A stretch of 64,000 bases of DNA. It comes from Lytechinus pictus (lineage: Eukaryota). Location of the stretch: positions 9,488,001-9,552,000 of the forward strand of contig NC_087252.1 in the NCBI RefSeq assembly GCF_037042905.1, written 5' to 3'. The notes beneath the pieces were generated by a model. The model was not told where the DNA came from. It saw only the letters and a program-made list of their open reading frames with translations, and did not search any database. Shown here in pieces: positions 1 to 24,883 of this stretch (the stretch's first letter is position 1; every line of letters begins with the position of its first letter). Position numbers and translations under genes: made by a program.

Positions 1-1687
1 TGGAAAAAATCATGCTTTTGTTCGTGTTGTTTCTTTTGTCCTTTTGCAAAGCAAGTCTCCAATGTGGGAGATTGTCTCCCCTATTGGAGAGTCTCCCATA
101 TTGGCCGTGCGCCTCTACTGTCCAAGAAAATATCTCATGTCCCATGCACTTGTTCACTGCAACCACCTTGCCTGTGGGGAATCTACAGGTTGGACTATGG
201 CATGCCAATGCTATACAGAGCACACACTTTAAAAAATGATTAATATATCACTTTTGTGACCAAAATTACTTATTTCCATACAGTTGCAATTTATTTTTCA
301 TTAGTAACTTGGGAATAATTTTTGTATTCACTAGAGCGCTCAAAAACTTGAATTTTTGGCATATTTTGTGTACGCCCTCTATTGGTGGAAAATAATATGG
401 CAAGAATTTTTTCATTTTTTTATCTCTATTTTTAATTAAGAAAAAATAATTTAAAGAATCAAATTTACTTAAGGGCCAAGGTATATGACGAATAGGTGTA
501 ATGGAAACTGTCAGTGTAAAAAAATCAAGCATTTGTCCCAAAGAAAAAGAGAAAATAAGCCAAACATTGCCATCCTTATTTTGCCACACATGGAGATATA
601 ACTGAGAGTGAGAACAAGGTTATATCATAACCTAGACCAAAAGCTTCAGTCTCTGTATTTTGGTTGTTCCGCTGAACTACGTTGGCTCCACTCACCATAC
701 ATAGACTGAAGGGGATGGGGCCCCGTACCTACAGCCAACGTATAGTGAACTAGCGTTTTATAGATCGCGATTTAAAACTGTTTTTTAAGCAAAATTGAAA
801 GTTTCATGGTTTCCATTATCAGGGAAATATATATAACTTAAGTAATTGCATACCTTGGGCCGGAGTTATTGAAAAAAATCCTCTGGATGATTGAGAAATC
901 TGTCATCTAAGACATTTTCACCTGACCTGACGGTTTTTCTTGCAAGTTGCCATCTTGAATGACGTCATTGTCGTTATTAACTTAATGTCTCGAATCGATA
1001 TATCGCGATTATAACTAGTACTCGTACTAGTATAACTAGTATCGTTTATCTTCGGTTTCGTTCGCATATGGAGCAGATCGTATAATATCGAAAGCAATAT
1101 CGATATCACATTCGTGATTGTTGACGTTCGTTTGTAAATATTTTATAGTTTGGCTGCCATTTTGACCATTTTTATCGTGTTCAACCCAATTAAACATCGG
1201 TAAAGTATATTTTTCATGCCTTTTTCATCTATATCGTTTAAAGTATTGAAATGTTGGAATATCATCAATTAAAAGTTTGTTGTTTATACATCCTTAGATT
1301 GTAAATTCGATGTGTAAAATTACATCAAACTTTGGACTGTGAATTGACAAAAGGGAGGGAATGAGAACACATGCGAGCCCACACGTACACCCTACCGTCG
1401 GTAAATGGGGATTACAGTAAAATGTCAGAAATTGTTGAATAAATCCCCAGAAACGACGGTTATTCCTGTCTAATCATAACCTTGTTCATTGAATGAGTGG
1501 ATATAATCAACTTTCATAAAAGCCTTGTATGAGGAGACTTTTCACTTATGTCGACTTTTCATTTTATGCATGTCCAAATCATGTAACGTGAGTAACCCAC
1601 ACATTCCAAAGATTTGCCAGGAGCATAATAAAATTTCCCAAGTTTTATTTTTATACAAAGTCAAAGGATAGCTAGTCAGACTGTGTA

Positions 1688-2405
1688 GTATGGTTGGAAC
1701 TACCCCTTATCGACCACCTAATCTTCTCAGCATCGTATCTGCGAAAATATTCATCAATTTTACTCAGTTTTAGTCCCATTTGTGCAGAAAATTGAGCAGA
1801 TCAGATTCCCATGTTTCGCTCGGCGACTCCGATTCAATCCGCGTATATATCGACGAACAACGAATACGACGATTTTACATTTGCTCATTTGCACCCGTCT
1901 TTTGAAACCGACCACCCGCGATACACTAAGTTTACGGCCGATTCTTGTCGCGGTGGCGAAATATTTTTATTCTTTCAAATCAGTTCTATGATGTCAACAT
2001 GCTAAATGATCGTCTCACTACTTCCACTGCGAGCTCTGGCACATGATTCGACGATTGACGACGGATATTTGTTCTAAAGCCGTTTCCTATCGGATTTCTT
2101 GGTTTTTCAGCGGGAATTGGGTCTGGTCAATACAATTTTGATTAATTCTACTAAATTTTTACTTTTTGTTGCTTCTTTTTTCTCGTAAAATCGATTCTTA
2201 CCGTTTCTATGGACACTGCGCCTACTCTCCCGCGCGTATCGTTTGTAATACGCAATAATTTTAACGCGCGCAGGATGAAAATGGCACAGAACTGGAAGCC
2301 TGACTGCTGGGATCCACAGCACTCTTCCAGAATCTCGGGTAAAGGTAAAGGGTAAAGGTGGTGGGTTTCAAAAGAGGTGGTCGATATGTGGTAGTCTCAC
2401 CATAC
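1688..2405. mobile_element. Non-autonomous DNA transposon in MAEL intron 1
   Basis: Imperfect ~31-bp terminal inverted repeats GTATGGTTGGAACTACCCCTTATCGACCACCT / AGGTGGTCGATATGTGGTAGTCTCACCATAC; CpG-richer interior; no recognisable coding ORF. Confidence 0.55.
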
Positions 2406-2655
2406 AGTGTACTTTGTTGTGACTGATAAGGAGATGTTTAGTTCCTATCAATAGTAATGGAGTTACAGCTCCAAGTATGAGTCAAGGTGTCTCCAAATGT
2501 AGCGTGAGTACCCGTGGAATAGCCCATGTGCATTTTGAACACCATTCATTGTCGGGCCTCGGAACAGCTCCAGGCCACCGCGGACTCACTCATCATTCCT
2601 GCCGGAACTACCCCGCTACTACTAATCCCCCATACCGTTACCAAATTATACTCAC

Positions 2656-2793
2656 TCTCCACTCGGGATGCGCAATCGGGACCATGTCTTGCATCGAAAC
2701 TTTACGGCCTTCCAAACGCATTTCTTCCTGTTTTTCCAGCATGAACATGTAGAACCCATTATACTGCTTCTTTGGCTTCTTTTTAGGAGGCAT
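2656..2793 (-). CDS. MAEL: Maelstrom homologue, first coding exon (N-terminal HMG box); gene continues beyond the left window edge
   Basis: Manual translation from ATG at 2793 gives MPPKKKPKKQYNGFYMFMLEKQEEMRLEGRKVSMQDMVPIAHPEWR (46 codons), ending at a phase-0 AGA|GTGAGT donor. It resembles the MAEL N-terminus (human MPNRKASRNAYYFFVQEK...DW, fly MAPKKHSGFMMFV...W). Too short for the ORF track. No second exon found in 1-2655. Confidence 0.8.
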
Positions 2794-2951
2794 TTTACAA
2801 TCAAAGATTTAGTTGACAGTTGAAGAAAATATCAGATTTACTGAAAATTCGGCAGCGTGATTTCCAAGATATCACGCAAGTTGTAGTGTACTATGAAGCG
2901 CCAAACTGCAAATAAGGAATTTTCGGACCATTGACATTGTTTTTTCTTTAA

Positions 2952-4868
2952 AGGAGAATGAAACTCTTGGAGCAAGTTAGCTTTTGTGAAAGCAGAAAAA
3001 TCAAAGAATAAGATCAACAAAAGTTTGAGTAAAATAGGACTAGCAATAGAAGAGTTATGAGCATTTGAATGTCGAGATCACTAATGCTATGGAGATCCTC
3101 TCGTTGGCAACGCAACCAAGATCTATGATATCACAGATGAACAACTCTCCCCTTTTGGACACTGAAAATATACCCCAAAACATCTCTTTTTGCTCTTTCT
3201 AATCATATGACAAAAGATTCATCAATGATATAATGTTGTGAAACCTCTGTACTTGTCCTCTCATAAAGAGAACACCTCACCTTGTGATAGATTCTATAAA
3301 AGTGAGAATATAAGTGAAATAAGTACTAACCCAGAAGGAAAAACCAGTTCCACTGGACCAATTAGACCAGTAGAATTTTAACTGGTAACTCTGGAAATTG
3401 GAACATCGGTTTACTGGTCTAACTGGTCATACTGGTCCAGTTAAAATTTTACTGGTCCAGTTAAAATATAAACTGGTCTTGAATTACTGGAATTTTATAT
3501 ACTGGTTTTGTTTCTGGTGCTTGTTACTGGTCTCACTGGTCTTCATACTGGTCTTCACAGCTGGTCTTTTACTGGTATTTTATACTGGTCTTCGAACTGG
3601 TCCTCGAACTGGTCAAACTGGTCCTCGTACTGGTCTTACTGGATTAATTTATTACTTTCATTTGGTTTGTTATATACCATGGTCAGTGAAATGTGATGGA
3701 AAAGATGGTTAGTAAATTAATATTTCTGCTGTTATTTTAAATGTGATACATGAAATTACACATTTCCATTGTGAATTAGTTCACACACTTATTTGGAAAG
3801 TTTTTAAACAACAATGAGTGCCATTGCAAGGATATTCCATTCTAAATCCTGATTTTTCTTTTTAAAATAGGAAATATGCAAATGAGGTAAACCACGTGAT
3901 CAGCATCATCAGAATTACTGGTATTACTGGTCTTGACCAGTTCAATTTCAAACAATGAATTACTTTAGACCAGTTGACTATATCAGAGGAATATATCTTG
4001 CTTTGATCTTTATCATAATTAAAGGAAATAATTATTTTAATGATAATGTTAATACTTGATAATTATGATAATATTAATAATAATAATTACAATATCGATA
4101 ACAATGATAACAGTAATAAGAATAATAACAACAATGATCATAATAATAATAATTATGATAATTATAAGAAGAATGATGATAACAATGATAACGATAATAA
4201 CTTTCTCTGAATTGCAAGATTCATTTTCCATAATTCGTCAAATGATCTGACTTGAAATAAAGTCATTATTTATTGGACCAGTAACACCAGTTTGATGAAA
4301 AACAATTTAACTGGTATTACTACATTGCTTCAACTGGAATGCAATTGTTTGAACTGGTCTCCAGTTGATTTTTACTGGTCCAGTTAAAAATCAACTGGTC
4401 CAGTAAACATATACTGGAAACCAGTAAAAATCTACTGGAAACCATTTATTGGACCAGTAACACCAGTTTGATGAAAAACAATTTAACTGGTATTACTACT
4501 TTGCTTTAACTGGAATGCAATTGTTTGAACTGGTCTCCAGTTGATTTTTACTGGTCCAGTTAAAAATCAACTGGCCCAGTAAAAATATACTGGAAACCAG
4601 TAAAATTCTACTGGAAACCAGTAAAAATTCTTACTGGTCTTACTGGTTTTTCCTTCTGGGAAAGCAATGAGGGAGTTGTACGTGTGTGACATCACAGATC
4701 TTGGTCGCATTGCCAATGGGAGGATCTACATGGCATTAGTGATCTCAATATTCAAATGCTCATAACTTTCTTATTATTCATTCAATCTTCCTCAAACTTT
4801 CAACAATATGTTTCTTTGATTTTTCTCTTTGATATGGATTCAGCTGGTTTCAAGGGTTTCATTCTCCT
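2952..4868 (+). mobile_element. Kolobok-like MITE family A, copy 1, split by a nested CACTA-like element
   Basis: TTAA|AGGAGAATGAAAC...GTTTCATTCTCCT|TTAA; near-identical to the intact copy at 42084-42667 once 3330-4660 is removed. Confidence 0.85.
3330..4660. mobile_element. Non-autonomous CACTA/EnSpm-like element with ACTGG subterminal repeats
   Basis: TIR CCCAGAAGGAAAAACCAGT...ACTGGTTTTTCCTTCTGGG; 2-bp AA TSD deduced from the empty site TACTAAAGTAATG in the 42084 copy; dozens of ACTGG/CCAGT motifs; internal (AAT)n tract and 176-bp tandem duplication (4269/4445). Confidence 0.8.
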
Positions 4869-5023
4869 TTAATCTCCCCAGATTAATAAATATGGACGTA
4901 GGCTTGGATGTGCCATGACTTCTCCCTCTGTATAGTTGATAGAGAAAAGGCTCTTCTATGTTGCCCAAGTGGTTTCAAGAAAATAAAAGTGACTTTACGG
5001 TACAGCAGAACCCCTTTTCGCTA

Positions 5024-5287
5024 CACTGTTGGAAAATGTAATAGAAGTTCCTGCAGCAGAGTCTCGAGAACCGCACAGCTGTAATCTTACCAGATTGCGT
5101 AATCTTAAAGGAAATTGGTATATAATTTGGTGTATGGAACCTTACAAATTTCCTTTAATAAAACACCCTTTCCCCTTTTTAAACAGACCTGTTCTGTTAA
5201 ATTGCAGAAAAATTCCTGTTTTATGAATTTACAGAATGATTCTGTTATTTCTTTCTGCAAAATCTTCTTTTTTTAGTAAATACAGTG
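5024..5287. mobile_element. Short CACTG...CAGTG-ended MITE
   Basis: CACTG/CAGTG termini; lies between two copies of a ~120-bp direct repeat (about 4898-5018 and 5342-5452). Confidence 0.45.
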
Positions 5288-5559
5288 GAGAAAAGGGGTG
5301 GGGCCGGGGGGTGGGGTAACTTCAAGAGCCCATGCAGGATGGTAGGCTTTGATGTGCCAGGACGTAGCTCCCTATAGAGAAAAGCTATAGGCTCTTCTAT
5401 CCTGTCCAAGTTGTTTCAAGAAAATAACTTTACGGTACAGCAGAAAGCCTTTCTGCCTCAATGGGAGCTTCAAAATGGTGAATTCTCCGATAAATAGGCA
5501 AATATATATATATATATAATGTCAGACGTTGGCATCGACGATTGAATTCCTATTTTAAT

Positions 5560-8512
5560 AAGATAAATAAAAAAAATCGTACATACAAAAGAAAAATTAC
5601 TGATAATATATAATCTGTTAATTCATCGTTTGCATAACGTTTGTTGGAATTTATAATCTAATGATGGCAATTTCAGCTTTCACCAAAAGTTTTTGCGTAT
5701 AATAATTATGAATGCCTTCCTTTACGTAAAATAAATATTGGAAAGAAACGTAAAAACAAACCGTGGATTCATTATGAACTTTTACAAATTATTTTTAAAA
5801 ATTTCGATTTAAAAAAAAAATCATTAGGAATCCAACAGAATTCAGACATTCAGTGTATTTAAACAGTTTAGAAATAGAGTCACTTGTGACATAAAAAGAG
5901 CTAAATATAATGAAAGCTATGAATCAATGAAGCATTAGGTGTTGATTTTAGATCAAAGCAGCGAGTTGGTAGAATATATTGATGGTCAGGATGTTACAAA
6001 TAAAAACCTGAGATATCTGAAACATTTAATGATTACTTCGTGAATATTGGCTTTAATCTAACAAGTAATGATAAATATTGTAATACTACTTCCCAACACC
6101 AGGTAATTAAAAATCTGCCTCCCTATAATCTGTATATAGGGAAATCGTTAATAAGTCTGTTTTAAAGAATGGAACTACAGTATATAGCAGAATGTGATGG
6201 CATTGATATTCATATATTATAAAACGGATAATTAATTTAATTTCTGCACCCCTTTGTTTTATGTTTAATTTATCTATTACAATTGGTTTATTTCTTATTC
6301 CAGTATTAAAGAACGGCTATACCAGTGACATGACAAACTATCGACCTCTTTCTGTTCTTCCGTTATTTTCGAAGATATTTGGAGAAAAAAAATGTTAAAC
6401 AAACGATAAATTATTTTTTTGTCTTCATGGAATATTTGGTGGGGATTTTTGTTTTACCTGATTGCTAAGAAAGCATGAATGCTTGTAATCAAGCAACCAG
6501 AGGACCGACGGCTTAAGGTCCTCTCCGAAGGACCTGGTAATGAGGATTAATGCCTTACCAAAGGGCACTAGCGCACCAAGTGGGAATCGAACCCGGGTCA
6601 CCGGAATACGAATCCCCCGCTCTACCGACTGAGCTATCGCGCCTCCTTTTTATTTTGCAATCAATATGGATTTCGTTCGGGTCACTTTGCATCTTTGGCT
6701 CTTTTCTATTTTATTGATAAAGTTTCAGTCTATAGATTCTAAGGATTTCATGATTGGTTTGTTTTTAGATTTAAGTAAAGCGTGATTCTTTGGATCATAA
6801 TATTTTGTTTACTAAATTAGAAATTTATGGTATTCGTGGTAATTTGTTATCCTTATTCAGAAATTATTTGTCTAATTGCTTTCAGTTTGTTAATTTCGAT
6901 AGCCAAAAATCTTCATATAGGTTGATTCGATGCGGAGTGCCCCATGGTTCCATACTTGGCCCTTTCCTTTTTTAAATTTACATTAATGATATTATTAGTT
7001 CTTCCACACTTCTGCATTTTATTTTATTCGCAGACGACATCAGTGTATACTCATGCCAAGTCCAGATTTAAGTCTATTAATAAATACGTTTAATGATGAT
7101 TCAATCAAAGTGAATTATTGGTTGATCAACATTAAACTAGTAGTTAATATATATATAAAAAACAATTTATCATATTTACAAAAAGAAATATTTACCTAAA
7201 TGATATCATTCTACAATTCAATGGTTAGATCATATCCCGAATTTCTGTGGTTAAATTTCATGGTGTGTATCGACGATAAACCGACCGGCCATGATCACAT
7301 TGGTGTCGTGTGCAATCGGCATTGCAAAATATACAGGTGCTCTCTACAGACTTAAGCATTCCTCAGTGTATTTTAGTTATGTTATTCAATGATTTTATCA
7401 CACATAAACTAGTGTAATATTGCATGGGCTGGTGGGAATGATTATTTTATTTCCAAATTATTCATACTTCAGAAAAGGGCGATTCTAATGCCCACAATGC
7501 CCACTCATCTCCCCTTTTCCCTACTGTATACGAAACGAATTATTTTAATATTTCCGCTTTTATGTTTCTGTGTTAAAAAAGATTGTTTTTTTGTAATTCA
7601 TGTTTTATTGATCCTTTTCATCAAAATATACATAACACTGAAACATTCATGATATAATGGATCACATATAAAAGTTCAGATGACGTTGGCATATAACTGA
7701 ATAACATGTCTAACATACAAAATAGTATACGATAAGAAAACATATATGTTTGTTTACAACAACAAAAATTCAGGCACTTGGCCTATATAAAAAAATAAAC
7801 ATAACAAAAAACAGCCTTCTGCTTTATCGCCTCTTTAAAGTATTCAGAATGATAGCCCATGCACTTGTCATCATGTTTTCCTAATTTGCATTTCCTTTGT
7901 GCTATGGTATGTTCAACAGTTTCAAATGATAAAAGAAAGTTACAAAAATGGGGGAGAGTAGGTTTTGTTTCGTCACATCGACATCTAAAAATATATTGTT
8001 TACCTGACAATCAAAAAGATTGTTACCACCTTACATATTTTCAAAATTTTCCCTAAATAATACCTTAATGATTATAATACTCGTCTTGCCATCAATTTTA
8101 ATTTTCCCTATAGAACCACTGTTTCAAAAAATTCAATTTATTTTAAAGATCGATAGTCTGGAATAATATCCCAATACATTTAAGAAATATTCCTTCTTTA
8201 AATAGTTTTTAAAAAATAAGTCCTATGTTTTAAGTTTGCGTGATCTTAATTAGTTTACTATACGTTGTTAAATTCATCTTTGTTTACGTGTCTTCACGTT
8301 TATTGTTTTCTTCTGTAATATTTCCTTTAACTTAAATGTAAAAGGGGTCGACGTTTATAAGGCTTCTTGCTCTTGTTGTTGTCCGCAATTCCCATGAAAC
8401 CATTTATTATGTAATTGTATTTATTGTCTTTTCACCTTTAATTGTTTCTGATAATTCTCTTGTTTATGTACTCATGTTTTTATGGTGAATGAAATAAGTG
8501 AAATAAATGAAT
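5560..8512 (+). mobile_element. Decayed CR1/L2-clade LINE (reverse transcriptase remnant), interrupted by a SINE
   Basis: Frameshifted RT motifs NYRPLSVLPLFSKIF (~6337), QYGFRSG, FLDLSKA, DHNILFTKLEIYGIRG, GVPHGSILGP, LFADD (~7022); AATAA-TGAA-type tail near 8490-8512; boundaries approximate. Confidence 0.85.
6420..6646 (-). mobile_element. tRNA-derived SINE inserted in the LINE
   Basis: Head GGCGCGATAGCTCAGTCGGTAGAGC...GGTTCGATTCC (A and B boxes) followed by a non-tRNA body containing GGACCTTAAGCCGTCGGTCC. Confidence 0.85.
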
Positions 8513-8514
8513 TG

Positions 8515-8746
8515 TTATAATGTTGTACCTATAGCTGGCGCTATAACTATAAACAAAACCCGGAAGGTAACGTAACAGCTGATTTGGCGATTGACATGTG
8601 AAACCACATTATTGGCACTTACCGGTACTACTATATTTTTATCGACATTATTTCGGGGGTTGAACATGTATTTCATCGCAAGAAATTTTCATAGAAAACA
8701 ACGAAGGTTTACCTAGTCCTACCTAGTCTGCTATTAACCAGCAAAG
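8515..8746 (+). promoter_or_regulatory. Probable BACE core promoter / 5' UTR
   Basis: Short CpG-containing stretch between the LINE tail and the ATG; ETS-type CCGGAAG at 8560-8566; inverted CCAAT (ATTGG) near 8611. Confidence 0.45.
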
Positions 8747-21119
<12,373 letters not shown>

Positions 21120-22927
21120 TAGCTTGCCTAAAAACAACCTTTATTTGAATAGTATTCCATGTGGTACCTTAAAAGAAAGTATTATTAAAGCCTTATGTTA
21201 TAGGACCCTGTAAATTCCTATAACTTTCATTTTTACAATCTGCCTCATACATAACTCTGGGGGGGGGGGAGGGGGGGACAGGTGTATCACAAAGATTTAA
21301 ATGCGAGTAAAGTTGCTGCAATTCCCACATTGGTCAAATCATTGGTAAGATCGGCACAATATTTCACATCTTTAGAGGGAATACTTTTGATTTGGATTTT
21401 GAATCATTTATCATGGAAAGAAATTAAATTATCATCTATATATATATATAGTGTTCTAGCGATGCATTAAAATTGTGTATTTCAGTCTGCATCACTTGCC
21501 CGGGCATTATCAGAGCGTGTCCATTGAATGACCGAAATCCGAAGAATATCCCATATGCTCCTGTACAAAGTTTGCCATTGAATATGAGAGCATATTCAAC
21601 GACCAAATTTGATCTTATGAAGTGATGATGCCATTATGTGATAAGTGATATGACTTGTTCAATCAAAGTTCTCCCTCTTGATTGGTAGGGGTGGGATAGA
21701 TGATGATAATTATATTGAATTGCTTCATTTCATGGAATACCAAAGATATTCCACTTGTTATGGCCAATATCCCACTCATCTGCAATTCATGGAATATTTG
21801 CCCAAACTCTCTGGTATTCCATTGTGAGCCATCCAATATAATAATTATTGATGAACTGCTTTATAAAGGGAAGTAGACACATATTTTGAAGGAAATCCAA
21901 ATATAAAAATCAATAAAGAAAAAAGATAGATTTCATGGCTTTTCGTCAAAAATCAAAATGCAAAATGTTAAATATCATTTTGTGTCATAAATGAATTGTG
22001 AATAAAACAGGAGTGAGTTGTAACCCACATCTGTATACATGTTCTGTGTAATGTTTGGGTGATGCCATATTATTTTCTTCAAACTCTACATGTAAAGTGC
22101 AATATTATTATATCCTAAGATAAATGTTTTTTTTTCAGATGTTCCTGTGAATCATATTTGTGGTACAGAGGTATGGGCGAAAAAGCATGAACATCTTTTT
22201 TTTGGCATCTTTCTAAAGGACGAATGAAGATATCATTTTCTTGTGATCCAAGAAATTAGTCATCTCTACACTTGATTCATTGTACAAATGCATACATTTT
22301 CTCCCCCTACTGAAAATGTACCCGATCTAGCTGCATATCAGAAACAGCAGAGCAAAACATGCTAATTAAAAGAAGTATATAGCGGCAGCGATTGCATGAA
22401 TGGCCTGCACGTCTATAGCCTCTTTGAGGCGTTCAAGTGCAGTATTTACAAGACAAGATGATTTTAATAGGAAATATGAAAGAATATGACAAATTTAGAT
22501 GTAGATTTGCAGATCTGATAGAGTCATAAATCTTTCTTTTTTTCACACTTGGTGTTACCCCTTGCCACATTTTTTAGTCTAGACAATCGTATGTTTATTT
22601 TTTAAATATATTTATAAATTTTCTTTTTTGAATGTGATGAAATGAAATATACAATAATTGAGAGGCTGAACAATTGAACTGGCTTGCCAAATAGTTCATA
22701 AATTTTTTTTACACAGATTTTAATCAAAATTATGTATTGTGCATATTCCTCTATGGTAAATTGCCAATTCATCTACTGCCAACTTTTCCACTCACCACAT
22801 CGGCCGAGCTTTGACCACTGCAATAAATAATTACTTTGAGTTTGCGTTTGACTAATTCTAGTCGAGACAAGCACATGCCCATAATAGAATACATCGTGTA
22901 TCATTAAAGCCTAAACGTTGACTCTAA

Positions 22928-23205
22928 TAAAAATAATAATGGGCATTTATATTGCGCCATATCAAGTAATCTGTTCAAAGGCCCATTGTTATTTTAATTA
23001 ACCCAGCTTTAGCTAGAGCTGCCTTGCAGCGCTCAGTGCATTTCAAGCAATTAATCCTGCTGGGTACCCATTCACCTCACCTGGGTCAAGTGCAGCACAA
23101 CGTGGGTAAATTTCTTGCTGAAGGAAAACATGCCATGGTTGTGATTCGAACCCACGTCCCTCAGATTGAAAGACGAGAGTCATAACCACCAGACCACGAC
23201 GCCCA
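22928..23205 (-). mobile_element. tRNA-derived SINE downstream of the BACE stop (probable 3' UTR)
   Basis: Head GGGCGTCGTGGTCTGGTGG...GGTTCGAATC; core CCCAGGTGAGGTGAATGGGTACCC; (ATT)n tail; TSD GACTCTAA at 22920 and 23206. Relatives at about 14810-15030 (+), 37110-37412 (-), 43335-43460 (+) and 47190-47880 (-). Confidence 0.85.
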
Positions 23206-24595
23206 GACTCTAAAACACTTTGGCAGGTATTTTTATAGAGTCCCTGTTGAAATTCCCCAGAGTGAAACTACATGTAGTTCATAGAAATGCCAGATTTTGT
23301 TTTCTAGATAATGCACATTTTTTTCTTCATTTCGACACGCCTTCGTTTGAATTCAAATTTTGAAGTGTTCCATTTATCGATATCTAGTTGGAGTTCATCC
23401 AGATATTTAAAGAAAAGTTTAGTAAAAATATTGTCATTGTTATTTTTTTGTAGTTATTTATAGGATTGCTATATGTATATTTGGAACAATGGTGATTGTA
23501 CTGTTAATATTTCCGGGTCAGAAAAATGATTATGTTCAAGAATGTACTTTACTTGAATAAATTTTGTAGAGTATTTGCTGATGAATGTTGTCATTTTTTT
23601 CTTGTTTTGTCGTCACAAGAAGGGAACTCACAAAAAATAATTAATAATTAACCCATCGATTACCGAGACTGGTTGATCCTTGTACAATGCATATTTGAAT
23701 CTCAGAATTAAGAAGTCAACAAGTTAATGTCTGAAGCCTGGTAATGAAAGATCGATTCATGTGAATTTCATACAAATATCTTGCATTCCATTCTTACAAA
23801 TTTGTGTAGATCATTTTTTTATCTTTCATTTACCTATGAAATTTTAATTTGGCAAGTTATTAGATTGAGGGGGGGGGGGAGGCTTGACAGTGCCTTTTTT
23901 TGTATTTTTTTTGGGGGGGAGGGGGTACCATATGTGCTTTTCATAATATAAATCATTACACAGACACAATTATACAAATTATTGAAAGCTATTTCTTTTA
24001 TTAAAGATCATCAAATAAATTATGTTTTTATTCAGTATGAAAAGGTAAACAAACACACATATACAAACACAGTCGACAAAACGACCAGAAAAGTACCAGT
24101 GTGCTTTATACAAAAACAGTCTTATTACCCAAATTCACACAATCACATTTATAAATTTTGCTCTAAGTCAGGGTTGCCACATGAGATGATAATTACAGAC
24201 TACTTTTTGTCTGAAAAGTGGCACAGCTGCAGAAAATGTGCATCAAAATTGACATTTCTCCTACGGTGGCCGAAAGGCAAGTCGAAAACGGCTGTTTTAA
24301 CATTTTTGCACCAGCTACATATAGGTGGTTCGAATACATAAAACGGTCGTTTTCGACTTGGAGGGGAAACGTGACTGCACCATTACAACATAATATACAT
24401 GTAACTTGTGGCTTTCGTAAAGGTGGGTGAAAATATATATATTTTTTTACCAATTGTTCATGTACTCATGGTATACCCAATTGGAAAATTTATGAATACC
24501 TCCATAAAACAAACACAGATTACAGTGAGTTGAAGGTTCCCTTAATAATCCCCCTCCCCCCTTTCCAAAGAAAAAAACAACTATGCAGCACTTCA

Positions 24596-24883
24596 GGCCC
24601 CCGTCTTACAAAGAGTTACGATTGATCCAGAGCTACGACTGATCTGATCAATCATAACTATGGAAATCCATCCGTGTCATAATTTTTTTCCAAAAAAAAA
24701 CTTGCACAATGTCCTCTGTATGCAAAGAGAAGCGCAGTGAATTTTCAAGAAAACAATGAATGCATGAATATAGATCACAGCTAGAAAACACTTTGAACAA
24801 ACATGCATAATAGATGTTGACGTTGCTGGCCATCCATAGTTAAGATTGATCGGATCAATCATAACTCTTTGCAAGACGGGGCC
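24596..24883. mobile_element. Harbinger-like MITE family B
   Basis: TIR GGCCCCGTCTTACAAAGAGTTACGATTGATCC; further copies at about 28695-28966 and three in 46204-46970. Confidence 0.75.

Noticed and set aside
612..1487. Transposon bounded by GAACAAGGTTAT / ATAACCTTGTTC
   Set aside because: Only a 12-bp inverted match, with no TSD and no second copy in the window
2477..2752. Plus-strand ORFs of 91 and 72 aa
   Set aside because: Antisense to the MAEL exon and its GC-rich intron start; no recognisable protein features
3398..4250. ORFs rich in TG/TGL or poly-Ile
   Set aside because: Products of ACTGG repeats and the (AAT)n tract inside a non-autonomous transposon
6570..6646. tRNA gene (also the heads near 23130-23205 and 30130-30209)
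   Set aside because: A and B boxes are present but the acceptor stem does not close, and the sequence runs into a SINE body and tail
6790..6975. Functional reverse transcriptase gene
   Set aside because: Only a fragment; surrounding RT motifs carry stops and frameshifts and are split by a SINE
8528..8543. CTCF-like site CCTATAGCTGGCGCTA in the BACE promoter
   Set aside because: Several core mismatches; cannot be supported without a motif score or ChIP data
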